Positions 7,762-17,396 of a DNA stretch of 33,404 nt are shown in pieces (the stretch's first letter is position 1; each line of letters begins with the position of its first letter). The notes below the pieces were generated by a model. The model was given only the letters and a program-made list of their open reading frames with translations, searched no databases and was not told the origin of the DNA. The position numbers and the translations under genes were made by a program. This DNA is from a virus (Duplodnaviria; Caudoviricetes): positions 1-33,404 of the IMG/VR virus record IMGVR_UViG_3300023242_000078; one strand, 5' to 3'.

Positions 7762-9690
7762 TTATTTCGCACCTCTTTTGAGTAATTCTTCCAATGAGCG
7801 GTAGGCGTTGTAGTCGTCAATGTTGCGCATACTTCTGAGTACACTACCGGCTTTGTCAGCCACACCAGAAACGGTCGCAGCAGTTACACCGCCCTGCGCG
7901 GCCATTGCTCCAAATTTCACAGCACGTTCACCAGCGCCCTCAAAACTTGTCTTAGCAACTGTACCAAATTTATCATCAAGAACGTTAGCGAATCGAGCCA
8001 AATCAACAATGCTGTCGTTGAAGCTAGGAGATGTCATTGACATTGGGCCACCACCGTATGGGCCAAGTTCACGGGAGTCACTGGTTGACGCAAACTTCTT
8101 GGCCAAATCGTCCATTGCCCTTAGCGCTACGTCCAAGTCTTGGCGGCTACCGTAGTTTGAGAACAACTTGCGCAGTTCAGTACCCATACCGCGTGAATCG
8201 TCCAATGTCTTACGAACCGTAATCTTTGATGCGGTTGCGTCATCCAACTGGTCGAACAGTTGCAATGATTGTGAGATGGTGTCATTTACACGTGCGTAGC
8301 TTGGGTCGGCATTGCGTAGCGACTCATTCAAGGCACGCCTAACGTCTCTCAAAACAGCTTGGCCACTAGATGTCATGCCGCGCTGTGGGCTTTTGTGGTA
8401 TTCAACTAGCGTGTCAATCTGGCGCTTTAAGTTGTGCGCTTTAAGTGCATCTGGCGCACCATCGTTGGCCATTAAATTGGCCAAGTCTTTTAAGACCCGT
8501 TGTGCAGACCTATCCACCTGAACAGCAGAGCCTTTAAATTCAAACTGCGGCTTGCCGTCAACCATCTCAAAGCCAATGTCCAACTCACTTAGCTTGGACA
8601 TGAAAACTTGCTCAATAGGTGATGAGTCAAAGGGCTTGCCCTTTAAGTTGGTTTGGGCAATTTTGTTTAGTTCTTGGCGTGCAGTGTTAGACCGCTGGGC
8701 AATAAACTTCAAGCGCTCTGCCGCTGCGTCACCAACAATGTTTGATGGACGCTTGGCAATGTCGTTTGCAGAATTGGCAGCGATTGACTCTCTGTCTCTA
8801 ACCATTTGCAGCATCTTGGCCTGTGTCGCAGGCGTTGATGACTTCATCATCTGCACATCGCCTTCAGCAAACTGTTGCTTGATAGCTTCTTTGGCCAAAG
8901 CATCAGCAGTAAGGTTTTTACTTGCTGTAGCAGAATATGGAGCCAGTCCACGTTGACGACCGCCGCCTTCTATCTCAGTTACTATCCCGCCCTCAACAGC
9001 GCGTGAAGTGCCGCTTGTGCCAATCATTGTTCGTGGAGCAACGTCAGGTATGGCTTTTTGAGCCGCTGGCGACAGTTCGCTGTAAACAATACCGTGTTCG
9101 TTTAGCGCGTCCATCAACTCACGTGTTGGCACGTTGTTGCTTTTTAAGGCAGTGCCACCCTTCAGCCTCTTGAATGCTGCCAATCCAAGCAAGCCGCCCA
9201 ATATGTCAGGAGCGACTTGCGCGGCAGTTCCAAGAGCGGGTGAGCCTGTGGCATCTGTGACGTAGTTACCAACTGATTGCTGCGCGTCTGCAATGGCCTG
9301 CATTGGCTTGGAAATCGCGCCCATGATCTGCTTGCCAGCATCTGTTCGTGGCTCATAAGTGGCCGCGCTCTGGATTGCATCAATAATCCCGGTGCTTCCC
9401 TCTGCGCCAACAAATGGCATTGCGGCCAAACCAGCCAAGCCAGCAAGTGGCGTTGCAACCGCGCCCGACCCTATTGACAGAGCCGTCTCACCAAGTCCAA
9501 GCATTCCTTGGCCAAAGCCGACCTCTTCTATTTCAGGTGACTGCGCACGCACAGCAGGTTGCTGGCTCATGGCCGCAGCCTCTTCTGCCTTGGCCTCCAT
9601 GTACGCTTGTCTTACGGTTTCAAATTGCTCAGTGCCTTTTTTGTCCTTGTTTGTGACAATCCACTCCGCATATTTATCTGCTGTTGCCAT
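7762..9690 (-). CDS. DNA ejection/internal virion protein (large)
   Basis: 642 aa, Ala/Gly-rich and helical; last gene of the cluster after nozzle and GNAT, the usual position of ejection proteins. Confidence 0.65.
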   Translation of the reverse strand: MATADKYAEWIVTNKDKKGTEQFETVRQAYMEAKAEEAAAMSQQPAVRAQSPEIEEVGFGQGMLGLGETALSIGSGAVATPLAGLAGLAAMPFVGAEGSTGIIDAIQSAATYEPRTDAGKQIMGAISKPMQAIADAQQSVGNYVTDATGSPALGTAAQVAPDILGGLLGLAAFKRLKGGTALKSNNVPTRELMDALNEHGIVYSELSPAAQKAIPDVAPRTMIGTSGTSRAVEGGIVTEIEGGGRQRGLAPYSATASKNLTADALAKEAIKQQFAEGDVQMMKSSTPATQAKMLQMVRDRESIAANSANDIAKRPSNIVGDAAAERLKFIAQRSNTARQELNKIAQTNLKGKPFDSSPIEQVFMSKLSELDIGFEMVDGKPQFEFKGSAVQVDRSAQRVLKDLANLMANDGAPDALKAHNLKRQIDTLVEYHKSPQRGMTSSGQAVLRDVRRALNESLRNADPSYARVNDTISQSLQLFDQLDDATASKITVRKTLDDSRGMGTELRKLFSNYGSRQDLDVALRAMDDLAKKFASTSDSRELGPYGGGPMSMTSPSFNDSIVDLARFANVLDDKFGTVAKTSFEGAGERAVKFGAMAAQGGVTAATVSGVADKAGSVLRSMRNIDDYNAYRSLEELLKRGAK

Positions 9691-9705
9691 TTGATGCCTT
9701 ATTTA

Positions 9706-10893
9706 TCAACCGCCATTGAGGATTGCGTCCGCAGCATCGCGAACACTTGCTGCGGCTGGCGCGGGTGGTGAAGCAGGGTTTGCGCCTTTAACTACTGGGT
9801 TAGCCCGATTAAGGCCACCGCCCATCCCACGGCCATAGATTGAAATGTCAAACTTTGGATTTTGCAGCTTCAAAGAGACTAGCATTTTTACGTTGTCGAG
9901 CGCCTGAGACGCTGCCTCTGTTGTCATGCTTCTTGTGGGCAACATCGCTTCAAGCGTCTCTTGGTCTTTGTCTGTGAACACGCCTTCACCAGCACCGCGA
10001 AATACACTTTTCATTATTGGCAGTAACAGCGCCTTGGCGTTATCGGCAATTTGCGCAGCAGTTGTTAGACCGGGTATGTTGCCCAAAATCTTACCAGTCT
10101 GACCAGTACCACCAAGCGCTTGCTCAAGTGCGGAAAAGCCAAACTCAAATTGGTCACGTAGCGGCCCGTTAGCCATTGCCGTAGAATTGGCCGCACCCTC
10201 TGCTGCTGCCGCCGCAGTTCCGGCGCCGCCTGCGTATCCTCTGTCAAAATATACACTAGTTGGCTGGCCAGCCCGTGGGCTAAGACCAAGTGAAATCCGG
10301 TTTGCCAGAAGTTTGTCCTTGTCATTCAGGCCCTCAGTCCGAGCCGCAAAAGTCTGCATCTCAGCCGTGGGTTCAATCCCGTTTTTTTTCTTGAGCATAG
10401 CCGTAAAGATTGGCACTGCTAATTCCGGGTTGGCTTCAATTAATCCAGCCTCTTCAAACATACCCATGTTCTTCAACTGTAGCGAAACTTGCTCAGTAGT
10501 ACGGTTTTGCTTTCGTTCAGCGCCAATGCTTTTTACGCGGTCGTTCAAGACTTGCGCCAAGCCTGCGTCTGGGTTCAAGCGCATGGAATTGAAGCCAACA
10601 CCAAGTTGCGCTATGGCAGCAGGGTCGTTCATCAAGCGCTTGTACCAAGGCTCTTCAACTGGTGCAGGCTTGGCAAAGTTCTGGCCGTTGTACATCTTGC
10701 CATCTTCATTGGACACGAACCGACCACCGCCAGCCCGCATCTCAGGAAATGCCATTGGCGCTTGCGGTTGCTCTGGTTGAGCGAATGCTGGCGCAGAGCG
10801 GGTCATTGGCGCGGCTTCTAGCGCAGGCACAATCCTGTCTAATAAACCCGCTCCTGCCTGCTGTACCAGTGGTAACAATCTGCTTGTAGCCAT
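9706..10893 (-). CDS. DNA ejection/internal virion protein
   Basis: 395 aa; FRGAGEGVFTDKDQ.TL..MLP motif, recalled from P22-like ejection proteins; context. Confidence 0.65.
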   Translation of the reverse strand: MATSRLLPLVQQAGAGLLDRIVPALEAAPMTRSAPAFAQPEQPQAPMAFPEMRAGGGRFVSNEDGKMYNGQNFAKPAPVEEPWYKRLMNDPAAIAQLGVGFNSMRLNPDAGLAQVLNDRVKSIGAERKQNRTTEQVSLQLKNMGMFEEAGLIEANPELAVPIFTAMLKKKNGIEPTAEMQTFAARTEGLNDKDKLLANRISLGLSPRAGQPTSVYFDRGYAGGAGTAAAAAEGAANSTAMANGPLRDQFEFGFSALEQALGGTGQTGKILGNIPGLTTAAQIADNAKALLLPIMKSVFRGAGEGVFTDKDQETLEAMLPTRSMTTEAASQALDNVKMLVSLKLQNPKFDISIYGRGMGGGLNRANPVVKGANPASPPAPAAASVRDAADAILNGG

Positions 10894-10896
10894 TAT

Positions 10897-11613
10897 TTAA
10901 CTTCCAAAGTTAGAGCCGCTTGCACCAGTTGCGGCAAGCGTCAAGTAGTCAAACAAGCCGGGGTTTTTGGTTTGCGTAGTGGTCATAGGCGTAGGCGTGA
11001 CACCAAGCGCTGCGTTGTTGTACTGCAAGGCTTGACCCGGTGCGCCAGTGTAGCCCGCGTACTGATTCTTAGCAGCGTCTAATATCAACTGGTTGATGCC
11101 TTGCTCCAATGCACCCTGTTGCATAGACTGATTCTGCAACGCCATGCCCTGACCAAAGCCAAGGTTGGACAATTGGCCAAGGTTAGTAGCTGCGTTCTGA
11201 CGATTAGCTGAACCAGCCAAGCCCGTTTGGATGTCCTGACCAGCCATTTGCTGCGCGTTCTGGTAACCCGCTTGGCGCATCTGTGCAGACGTATTGGCCA
11301 TCTGCTGGCCGTAGTTGCGGTTGTTTTCAGACTGCATGATAGCATCGCGTGAACCACCGAATGCGCCACGTGCTGATGCCTGCGCACCCAACTGGTTCGC
11401 CTGAATCTGACGCTGCCTGTCCAAGTCGCCCATTGTGTTCTGGACTACTTGATTCTCGTATGGGTTCATGTACTGACTCATGTCAGTGCCAGCAATGGTA
11501 GATGGCTGGTACATGGTTTCCATGCCTGCCGTTATACCAGCCTGCCCCATGCCTTGGGCTGATGCGTTAAACACGCTTGGCTGTTGATTTTGTGGGTTAC
11601 CTGAGCCTGCCAT
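10897..11613 (-). CDS. DNA ejection/pilot protein
   Basis: Q/A/G-rich; YMNPY..QV and GAFGGSR motifs typical of podovirus internal proteins. Confidence 0.7.
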   Translation of the reverse strand: MAGSGNPQNQQPSVFNASAQGMGQAGITAGMETMYQPSTIAGTDMSQYMNPYENQVVQNTMGDLDRQRQIQANQLGAQASARGAFGGSRDAIMQSENNRNYGQQMANTSAQMRQAGYQNAQQMAGQDIQTGLAGSANRQNAATNLGQLSNLGFGQGMALQNQSMQQGALEQGINQLILDAAKNQYAGYTGAPGQALQYNNAALGVTPTPMTTTQTKNPGLFDYLTLAATGASGSNFGS

Positions 11614-11624
11614 AATCTTATACC

Positions 11625-12191
11625 TTAATCTACACCGTTTGAGCCTAAGCCAAAACCATTGCCAGCGGCATTGCCACCAAAGCCGTTTGCGCCGCCATAG
11701 CCTGCACCACCGCCAACACCCGTGCCAAAGCTGGAGTTTCCGCTGTAACCGTCACCGCCGCCGCCACCCATGTTGCCCAAGATGCCTACTGGCGCGGGTG
11801 GAGGTGGTGGTCGGACAACTGGAGCCATTGCGCTCGCGTAACGTGCGGCCAACTCAGGGTTGCGCCGTCCCAACTCAGCAACAGCAGCGTCAAATAGATT
11901 GCCAGAGCCGTAGCCAGATACACCGCCCATTGAGGTCTGTTCTGGTAGGCTGCTTTGGTACTGCGAGCCTTGTGGAGCAAGTCCATAAGCTGATAGAGCG
12001 TCTTGAGTGCGCTGCATACCTTGTGTTTGCATTGGACTTAGTCCAGCCACTTCAGGCCCATAATACGGCATGAAACCGATTTCACCCGCTAACTTAGCCT
12101 TGGCCAAATTGTCTTGTGCTGGGCCTTGAACCCAGTCTGGGATTGATTGTGCGGATGTATTAGAACCGCCTTTGCCGCCGCCACCGCTCAT
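11625..12191 (-). CDS. Internal virion/ejection protein (Gly-rich)
   Basis: MSGGGGKGGS...IPDWV...PYYGPEVAGLSPMQ N-terminus; follows the GNAT-like gene. Confidence 0.6.
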   Translation of the reverse strand: MSGGGGKGGSNTSAQSIPDWVQGPAQDNLAKAKLAGEIGFMPYYGPEVAGLSPMQTQGMQRTQDALSAYGLAPQGSQYQSSLPEQTSMGGVSGYGSGNLFDAAVAELGRRNPELAARYASAMAPVVRPPPPPAPVGILGNMGGGGGDGYSGNSSFGTGVGGGAGYGGANGFGGNAAGNGFGLGSNGVD

Positions 12192-12192
12192 A

Positions 12193-12567
12193 TTAAATCT
12201 CCACGCTCACTGTTGTGAACTTCTCTGACCAGCCAAGTTGTTTTAAGGCCTTGACCCAACCCTTACGGCCAGCAAGCGTCATCGCTGTACAGCCGTTTAA
12301 TTTGGCAAAGTAAATAGCAGAATCGCTGAAATCGCGTATCTGATCTAAATTACCACCAGCCAAGAATATGTGGAATACTTTTTTGCGTGGGTATTCCAGT
12401 ATTTCAGTAACCATGCAACCGTCTGACGCATTCCAAAATTGCATTGCGCCAATCTTAACAGAATCAACTACATCTTGGAATAGGTGTGTACCACCAGATA
12501 AAGCCAAGGCTGACTCAATCCAAAGCCTGCACCTTTCAAGCTCGTCATCAAGAGTAGGTTCTGTCAT
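12193..12567 (-). CDS. GNAT-fold (acetyltransferase-like) morphogenesis protein
   Basis: VTEILEYPRKK..HIFLAGG...GC....LAGRKGW...L...GW; position between nozzle and ejection genes. Confidence 0.65.
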   Translation of the reverse strand: MTEPTLDDELERCRLWIESALALSGGTHLFQDVVDSVKIGAMQFWNASDGCMVTEILEYPRKKVFHIFLAGGNLDQIRDFSDSAIYFAKLNGCTAMTLAGRKGWVKALKQLGWSEKFTTVSVEI

Positions 12568-13217
12568 TGGCGTAGCCTAGTTATAGCCAGCGAACAAGAA
12601 GATGAGGCAGGAGCAAACGCAGTCGCGGCAGAGGCGTGAAGCCACAAGTTTGTGTCATCTACTGCCCACATTGCTTGCAAATGCGAACCAGCCGTCATTG
12701 GGAAAACAGCCACCCTGCTCATTACGATAAAGTGAGTATTGCTGGACATCGTAATTCTAATGGTTGAACCGCTAACATCAGCTCCGTTTATTCTTGGCCA
12801 AAACCAACCATTTTTTGCGCTTGATGAATTAGACAACAGCTCAACAGCAAAAGAAAGCATATAAACGCCATCTTCCTCAAAGACAATCTTGGTGTTGTCC
12901 GCAGGGTCAAGAGATATGCCGTCATTGAAAGTTGGTGTATCCCAGCCAATTGCGTATGCTGTATTGGTAGAAGCCGCCGTTTGGCTTGTTGCCCTTGCAA
13001 GTGAAGCGTAGCCGTCTGCTAAAACAATCTGACGAAACTCGTTGTTCTTTGATATTACGGGGTAGCCTGCTCTATCCCATAGTAAAACACCATTCTCAGA
13101 TGGGCTATCAGACGGTAGTCGAGTCGACAAAAGGGTGCGCACTTTTGTTAGATACAACACCAAACGCTCACCCCAAGCACCCCAAGTAGGGCCAAGTGGC
13201 GGTGGCGGTATCCTCAT
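12564..13217 (-). CDS. Tail protein with C1q/TNF-like beta-sandwich C-terminus
   Basis: KIVFEEDGVYMLSFAVEL...W.RING.DV.GS beta-strand pattern. Confidence 0.55.
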   Translation of the reverse strand: MRIPPPPLGPTWGAWGERLVLYLTKVRTLLSTRLPSDSPSENGVLLWDRAGYPVISKNNEFRQIVLADGYASLARATSQTAASTNTAYAIGWDTPTFNDGISLDPADNTKIVFEEDGVYMLSFAVELLSNSSSAKNGWFWPRINGADVSGSTIRITMSSNTHFIVMSRVAVFPMTAGSHLQAMWAVDDTNLWLHASAATAFAPASSSCSLAITRLRQ

Positions 13218-14686
13218 CTCTTGCCGCCCTGTGTTACATCAACCCGCATTACCCCTGCACGCCAGTCCTTCAAGTTTTCACCCTCAATACGCATGCGTAC
13301 TTGCCGCCCAGTAACGCGAACACTTGTTGGCGCGCTCATCGTAAAAGGGCCGTACTCACGCTCAGTGTCGTTAGGGTAGAACCTAGACTTTAGCTTTACG
13401 GTAACCTCGCCCTGTGTTTGCTCGTCAGGAATGATCTGAGTAACGTGCATTACGTTGTCGCCAGCCCCAATGTTTACCGGCCCAGACTCAGCGAATGCCA
13501 CGTTTCCGTGTAGATCGTGGCCAATCTCATGGTTGTAGGCGTTGCCATCTGCGTCAAACCAAACAGGGGTACGCAACACACCAATGTCAAAACCCGATGT
13601 ACGGCTAATTTCGCCAACAGCCCATGTGTTTTGCTTGTAGTCGTAAACAACATAGCTGTCATTTTCCAAGCTGCCTTCAGACGGGTAGAACCACCATATT
13701 TCATCAAATTGGCCATTATGGACAGCGTTAACTTTACTTACCTGCTGGCGGTTTATGTCTTTAAACACATAATCTGCAACTTCACAAACCAATGGCTGGA
13801 CGACTGAGCCATTAAAATAAAAGAAGTTCTCGCGGCTCATCCAAAATGCGCCTTCGCCTACCGCTACTCCGCACTTCCGAGATGCGGCCCCGCAAGACGT
13901 TCCAACACGCTCAAAACCATACACAGTAGGTGGGCCAGCGTATGCCGCCACATGAGCGTCCTGAGTCGTCACAAGCAGTGTACGACCACGCATACGCAGG
14001 CCTAGCATTAACTCGCCTGAAGTTTGCAACTCAAAGTCACCAGCTTCGTTTGTGGCTGCTGGTGTCCAGTCTGTAACGCTTTCCCTGTCGCACCATTGAA
14101 CCTTGCGAGGATTGCCACCAGCCCCAAGCGCAAATAAGAATCGTTCTTCAGTAACAATCAGGCCTTTGCACTGAGTTGGCGCGTTGGCGATCTGCGCCGC
14201 TATGCCGGTCAACTGCCATTCATACAGCTTGCCGTCATGGTTTGAGCATCCAACAAGGTACTCACCCCAGTTGTCCAAAGACCACGTTGTGGCCTCAAGT
14301 AAAAGGCCATCGTTGGGCCGTGTAACGCCGTAAGCGCCTGTACCAAAAGGCTTGCCACCGTATGCGATATTCTCTTGTGCATCGTTGTAACCTGTTGTGA
14401 ACCCTGTCGGCGTTATGTCGTCAACTATGCCACCAGCAGAGACCTCAATCAACTGATCGTAAGCGCCTAATGCGTAATGAGGGTCGTATGAGTTATCCAC
14501 CCAAGCATGACAAGACCGAGGAGCGTTATTCGTCAACGCGCTTGCGCGGTCAACCCAGCCACCTACTGGGCGCAGAGAATTGTCTCTCCAACGTATTAAG
14601 TTGGACTTGTTCCAGCGACCTGATGATTCGTAATCAGTTCCGTGGTTAAACACACCCGGTGGAAGTTCAAGTTTGACTAATGCCAT
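13214..14686 (-). CDS. Tail nozzle/stabilization protein (P22 gp10-like, beta-propeller)
   Basis: 490 aa, beta-rich; WSLDNWGEYLV, VQWCD.E..TDWTP.ATNEAG, EIWWFYPS motifs; follows the adaptor. Confidence 0.75.
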   Translation of the reverse strand: MALVKLELPPGVFNHGTDYESSGRWNKSNLIRWRDNSLRPVGGWVDRASALTNNAPRSCHAWVDNSYDPHYALGAYDQLIEVSAGGIVDDITPTGFTTGYNDAQENIAYGGKPFGTGAYGVTRPNDGLLLEATTWSLDNWGEYLVGCSNHDGKLYEWQLTGIAAQIANAPTQCKGLIVTEERFLFALGAGGNPRKVQWCDRESVTDWTPAATNEAGDFELQTSGELMLGLRMRGRTLLVTTQDAHVAAYAGPPTVYGFERVGTSCGAASRKCGVAVGEGAFWMSRENFFYFNGSVVQPLVCEVADYVFKDINRQQVSKVNAVHNGQFDEIWWFYPSEGSLENDSYVVYDYKQNTWAVGEISRTSGFDIGVLRTPVWFDADGNAYNHEIGHDLHGNVAFAESGPVNIGAGDNVMHVTQIIPDEQTQGEVTVKLKSRFYPNDTEREYGPFTMSAPTSVRVTGRQVRMRIEGENLKDWRAGVMRVDVTQGGKR

Positions 14687-14688
14687 TT

Positions 14689-15315
14689 TTAACCCAGTCC
14701 ACGTACTTTAGATTTGAGGTTGCTGCCGCTGTGCTTGGCGCTGTTTGATGCCTCATTGAGCCGGGTGACACCAGCACTGTACAACTGCGCCCACACAGCA
14801 ACACGTGCGTCATCCTGCAAGTAGGGCGCTGAGTGTAGCAGTGAGCCGTACAGGTATACGTCCGGCGCGTAGGACAGCAACCAGTTGGTGCTGTTTGTGG
14901 CCAGATCAGGTACTTGTGCGTAGTATAACAGTTCCAAGTCAACGTCTGCAACAGGCGTTGGGTATAGGTGGAACTGTCCGGCTTCTAGCGAATATGCGGT
15001 TGGCTTGCCGTATTGGTCGTTGTAACGCGCCCTATTTTCGGCCATCGTTGTAGAGTCCATCAGGTTTATTGGAGACGTACCGTTGCCAACAACGTTAAAC
15101 CGGATTGTCTCAACCCAATCAGCAGGCACTTGCATATACTCATCACCCGCGCTTTGCTGGCCACTTGTACGCACTTCCATGCGCCAATGCCTGATGTCGC
15201 GGTTAATCTGCGCCTCGCATAAAGCAATAAACGTTTGAGCGGCTGTTGTTAGGTCGTCCCTGTTTAAAGTCTCCGCAATTGTAGATTTAAGGTCGGTGTA
15301 ATTTGCTAATGCCAT
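14689..15315 (-). CDS. Head-tail adaptor protein
   Basis: NYTDLK.TIA..LNRDDLT...FIALCEA.INR...TNWLL..APDVYLYGSL. Confidence 0.75.
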   Translation of the reverse strand: MALANYTDLKSTIAETLNRDDLTTAAQTFIALCEAQINRDIRHWRMEVRTSGQQSAGDEYMQVPADWVETIRFNVVGNGTSPINLMDSTTMAENRARYNDQYGKPTAYSLEAGQFHLYPTPVADVDLELLYYAQVPDLATNSTNWLLSYAPDVYLYGSLLHSAPYLQDDARVAVWAQLYSAGVTRLNEASNSAKHSGSNLKSKVRGLG

Positions 15316-15327
15316 CTTTGTACCACT

Positions 15328-15486
15328 TTACTTTTTGGTCTTCTTCTTGACCGTTTTAGCGGCCTGCCTGAAGTCATTGGCAGACGGTGCACCCTTAGCA
15401 CCAGCCTTCTTCATCTTTTCGCCGCTGCCGTCTTCGATGCGCTGACGCTTTGCAGCAATGTTTGAGTAGAGTCCAGCCTTGGCCAT
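15328..15486 (-). CDS. Small basic Lys-rich phage protein (52 aa)
   Basis: Not in ORF track; MAKAGLYSNIAAKRQRIEDGSGEKMKKAGAKGAPSANDFRQAAKTVKKKTKK; TAATG coupling. Confidence 0.8.
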   Translation of the reverse strand: MAKAGLYSNIAAKRQRIEDGSGEKMKKAGAKGAPSANDFRQAAKTVKKKTKK

Positions 15487-15653
15487 TACTTGCCAGCCTT
15501 GTTTTTTGTCGCACGCATATTGCGAACTGGCATTGGTCTGGCCGCTTTGCTCATGGCAATGGCAACAGCCTGCTTTTGTGGCTTGCCGGACATCATCTCA
15601 GTCTTAATATTCTTTGAAACTGTTTTGGCGCTAAAACCTTTTTTGAGTGGCAT
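15486..15653 (-). CDS. Small basic phage protein (55 aa)
   Basis: Not in ORF track; MPLKKGFSAKTVSKNIKTEMMSGKPQKQAVAIAMSKAARP...; AGGA ribosome binding site upstream. Confidence 0.8.
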   Translation of the reverse strand: MPLKKGFSAKTVSKNIKTEMMSGKPQKQAVAIAMSKAARPMPVRNMRATKNKAGK

Positions 15654-15686
15654 GGTTTATTCCTATTGAAAAAATAGTCAATTTTG

Positions 15687-15696
15687 ATTATACAGA
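15687..15696 (-). promoter_or_regulatory. Possible late promoter -10 box
   Basis: TATAAT in the AT-rich gap between terL and the morphogenesis genes; no clear -35. Confidence 0.4.
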
Positions 15697-15707
15697 CTGC
15701 CTGATTC

Positions 15708-16985
15708 TTACACAATACCTTTTAAGTTACGCCTGATTGGGTTGCCCCAGCCTGATGTAACGCGGTGACCAATGGCCAGATACCTAAAAGCATCAGATGC
15801 GTGAGAGGCCCAATCGTGTGCTGGTCGTGAGCGCCACACCTTGCCGTTGTCGTCATACTCCCTGTGGTACTGCCTAAGTGCGTGTACACCACGGTCGCAT
15901 TTCTCAGCATCAAACCAACAGTTGGCCAACATAGAGCGAACTGCTTGGATACCATCATCTACCCCCAATGACGGTGCAATGCTGACAGGACGCGCTCCCA
16001 AGCTATCCAACACTTCCAACCGACTCTTTCCACTACCAAGTTCACGCACTCGCACATCGTGTGGAAGTATGTGATTACCGTACACGTAGCCCTTTTCATT
16101 AAGGACACGAACGTAATGGTCAAGCCCAACGCCACTAGACTCGTAAAAATCAATGAGTCGCACCTCTGCGCCCACGTGCTGCGCGAACCAAATAGCCGTT
16201 GAGTCACCAATGCCCAAGTCCCAAGCAGTCGTAACAGGAGCGCCCGGGTCATAAGCAACAGTTCCAACCCTGCCTTGATCTTTGCAATTTCGCATTTCAG
16301 TAGCGTAATACGAACCTTCAGCATGGATGAGGAAATCACCCTCCCAAACGTGGTCATAAATGTCTGGCCTTTTTCGTTTGTCTTCAAGCCGCTCGACTTC
16401 CAGCACATCTGGAAACCACGGGTTGTCCCGCCAATTCATGTCAACAATAATTGAGTCGTCAGGCGTTTGCTCAACAAATCGTTTATGTGTTGCGCTCTCT
16501 TTGCTTTCAGGGTTGTACGTCACCCAGATTTCGCTGTTGTCTTCACGTACAGTCGGAATCAGTTTGCGCCAAGCTGTTTCACTTACCGTCTCAGCTTCAT
16601 CAATCCATGCAACCAATATTCGCGCCTTGGACTTCAGGCTGTCCAGTGACCTGCGCAGGCCAGCAAACGTGTAGCTGATTGCCCCATCCTTGCTTTTGAT
16701 GTACCTGTCACCCAGTTCGTAGTAGTCTAAGAGCCACGGCACACTGCGAATAGCTGCCTTGACCTCTTCCAGTGACGAATCTTCCAGCGAGTTCATAAAC
16801 TCACGGCCACAAAGTATTTGGCCAGTCTTACCTTCCATTCCCCATTGGTAACCGCGAACCGCAGTCATGAGCGCAAAGGTGCGAGTCTTAGCGCTACCTC
16901 GCCCACCCTTGGCAATCCTGTACCGCGCCTTCTGTGTGAAGACTGGTATTAGCTTTGGTGGAATCGTTAGATTGGCTTCATTCAT
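15708..16985 (-). CDS. terL: Terminase large subunit
   Basis: Walker A KGGRGSAKT, Walker B WIDEAE, TYNP coupling motif, nuclease WDLG..D and SHASDAFRY. Confidence 0.95.
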   Translation of the reverse strand: MNEANLTIPPKLIPVFTQKARYRIAKGGRGSAKTRTFALMTAVRGYQWGMEGKTGQILCGREFMNSLEDSSLEEVKAAIRSVPWLLDYYELGDRYIKSKDGAISYTFAGLRRSLDSLKSKARILVAWIDEAETVSETAWRKLIPTVREDNSEIWVTYNPESKESATHKRFVEQTPDDSIIVDMNWRDNPWFPDVLEVERLEDKRKRPDIYDHVWEGDFLIHAEGSYYATEMRNCKDQGRVGTVAYDPGAPVTTAWDLGIGDSTAIWFAQHVGAEVRLIDFYESSGVGLDHYVRVLNEKGYVYGNHILPHDVRVRELGSGKSRLEVLDSLGARPVSIAPSLGVDDGIQAVRSMLANCWFDAEKCDRGVHALRQYHREYDDNGKVWRSRPAHDWASHASDAFRYLAIGHRVTSGWGNPIRRNLKGIV

Positions 16986-17358
16986 CTGGGCCGACTAGCC
17001 TAATGACCATAGGAGCGGTAGCCAAAGGCTTGCTGTCAGACGTTATGTCCTGCCTGTCGCTGTAGCCATGCTTAGTCATCATCATCTTGGCAAAACCAGC
17101 GTGATAGTCGCCCACTAAAGCGCCTTTAGCCAGCTTCACTTCTTGTTTGGCCATGACTTTTTCCAGAATGTCGGAAAATTCTTGTTTGTCAGGGTCTTCA
17201 GCCCATGCGTAAAGCGTATCTCGGCTTACTTCTAGCTCCAGTGCTAGTTCAGCCAGCATTGGGAAATCGTGATTGTTATCAGCGTACTCTTGTGCTTTTG
17301 CTATCAGTTCAGGCGTGTATTTGCTTGGTCGCCCAACTGGTCGTTTGTCGTCTGTCAT
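16978..17358 (-). CDS. terS: Terminase small subunit
   Basis: GRPSKYTPEL...HTH (LALELEVSRDTLYAW)...HGYSDRQD; overlaps the terL start. Confidence 0.88.
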   Translation of the reverse strand: MTDDKRPVGRPSKYTPELIAKAQEYADNNHDFPMLAELALELEVSRDTLYAWAEDPDKQEFSDILEKVMAKQEVKLAKGALVGDYHAGFAKMMMTKHGYSDRQDITSDSKPLATAPMVIRLVGPDE

Positions 17359-17396
17359 GTCGTTCTCTCTGTAAAACAGGTGGAGATTAAAAGTGC

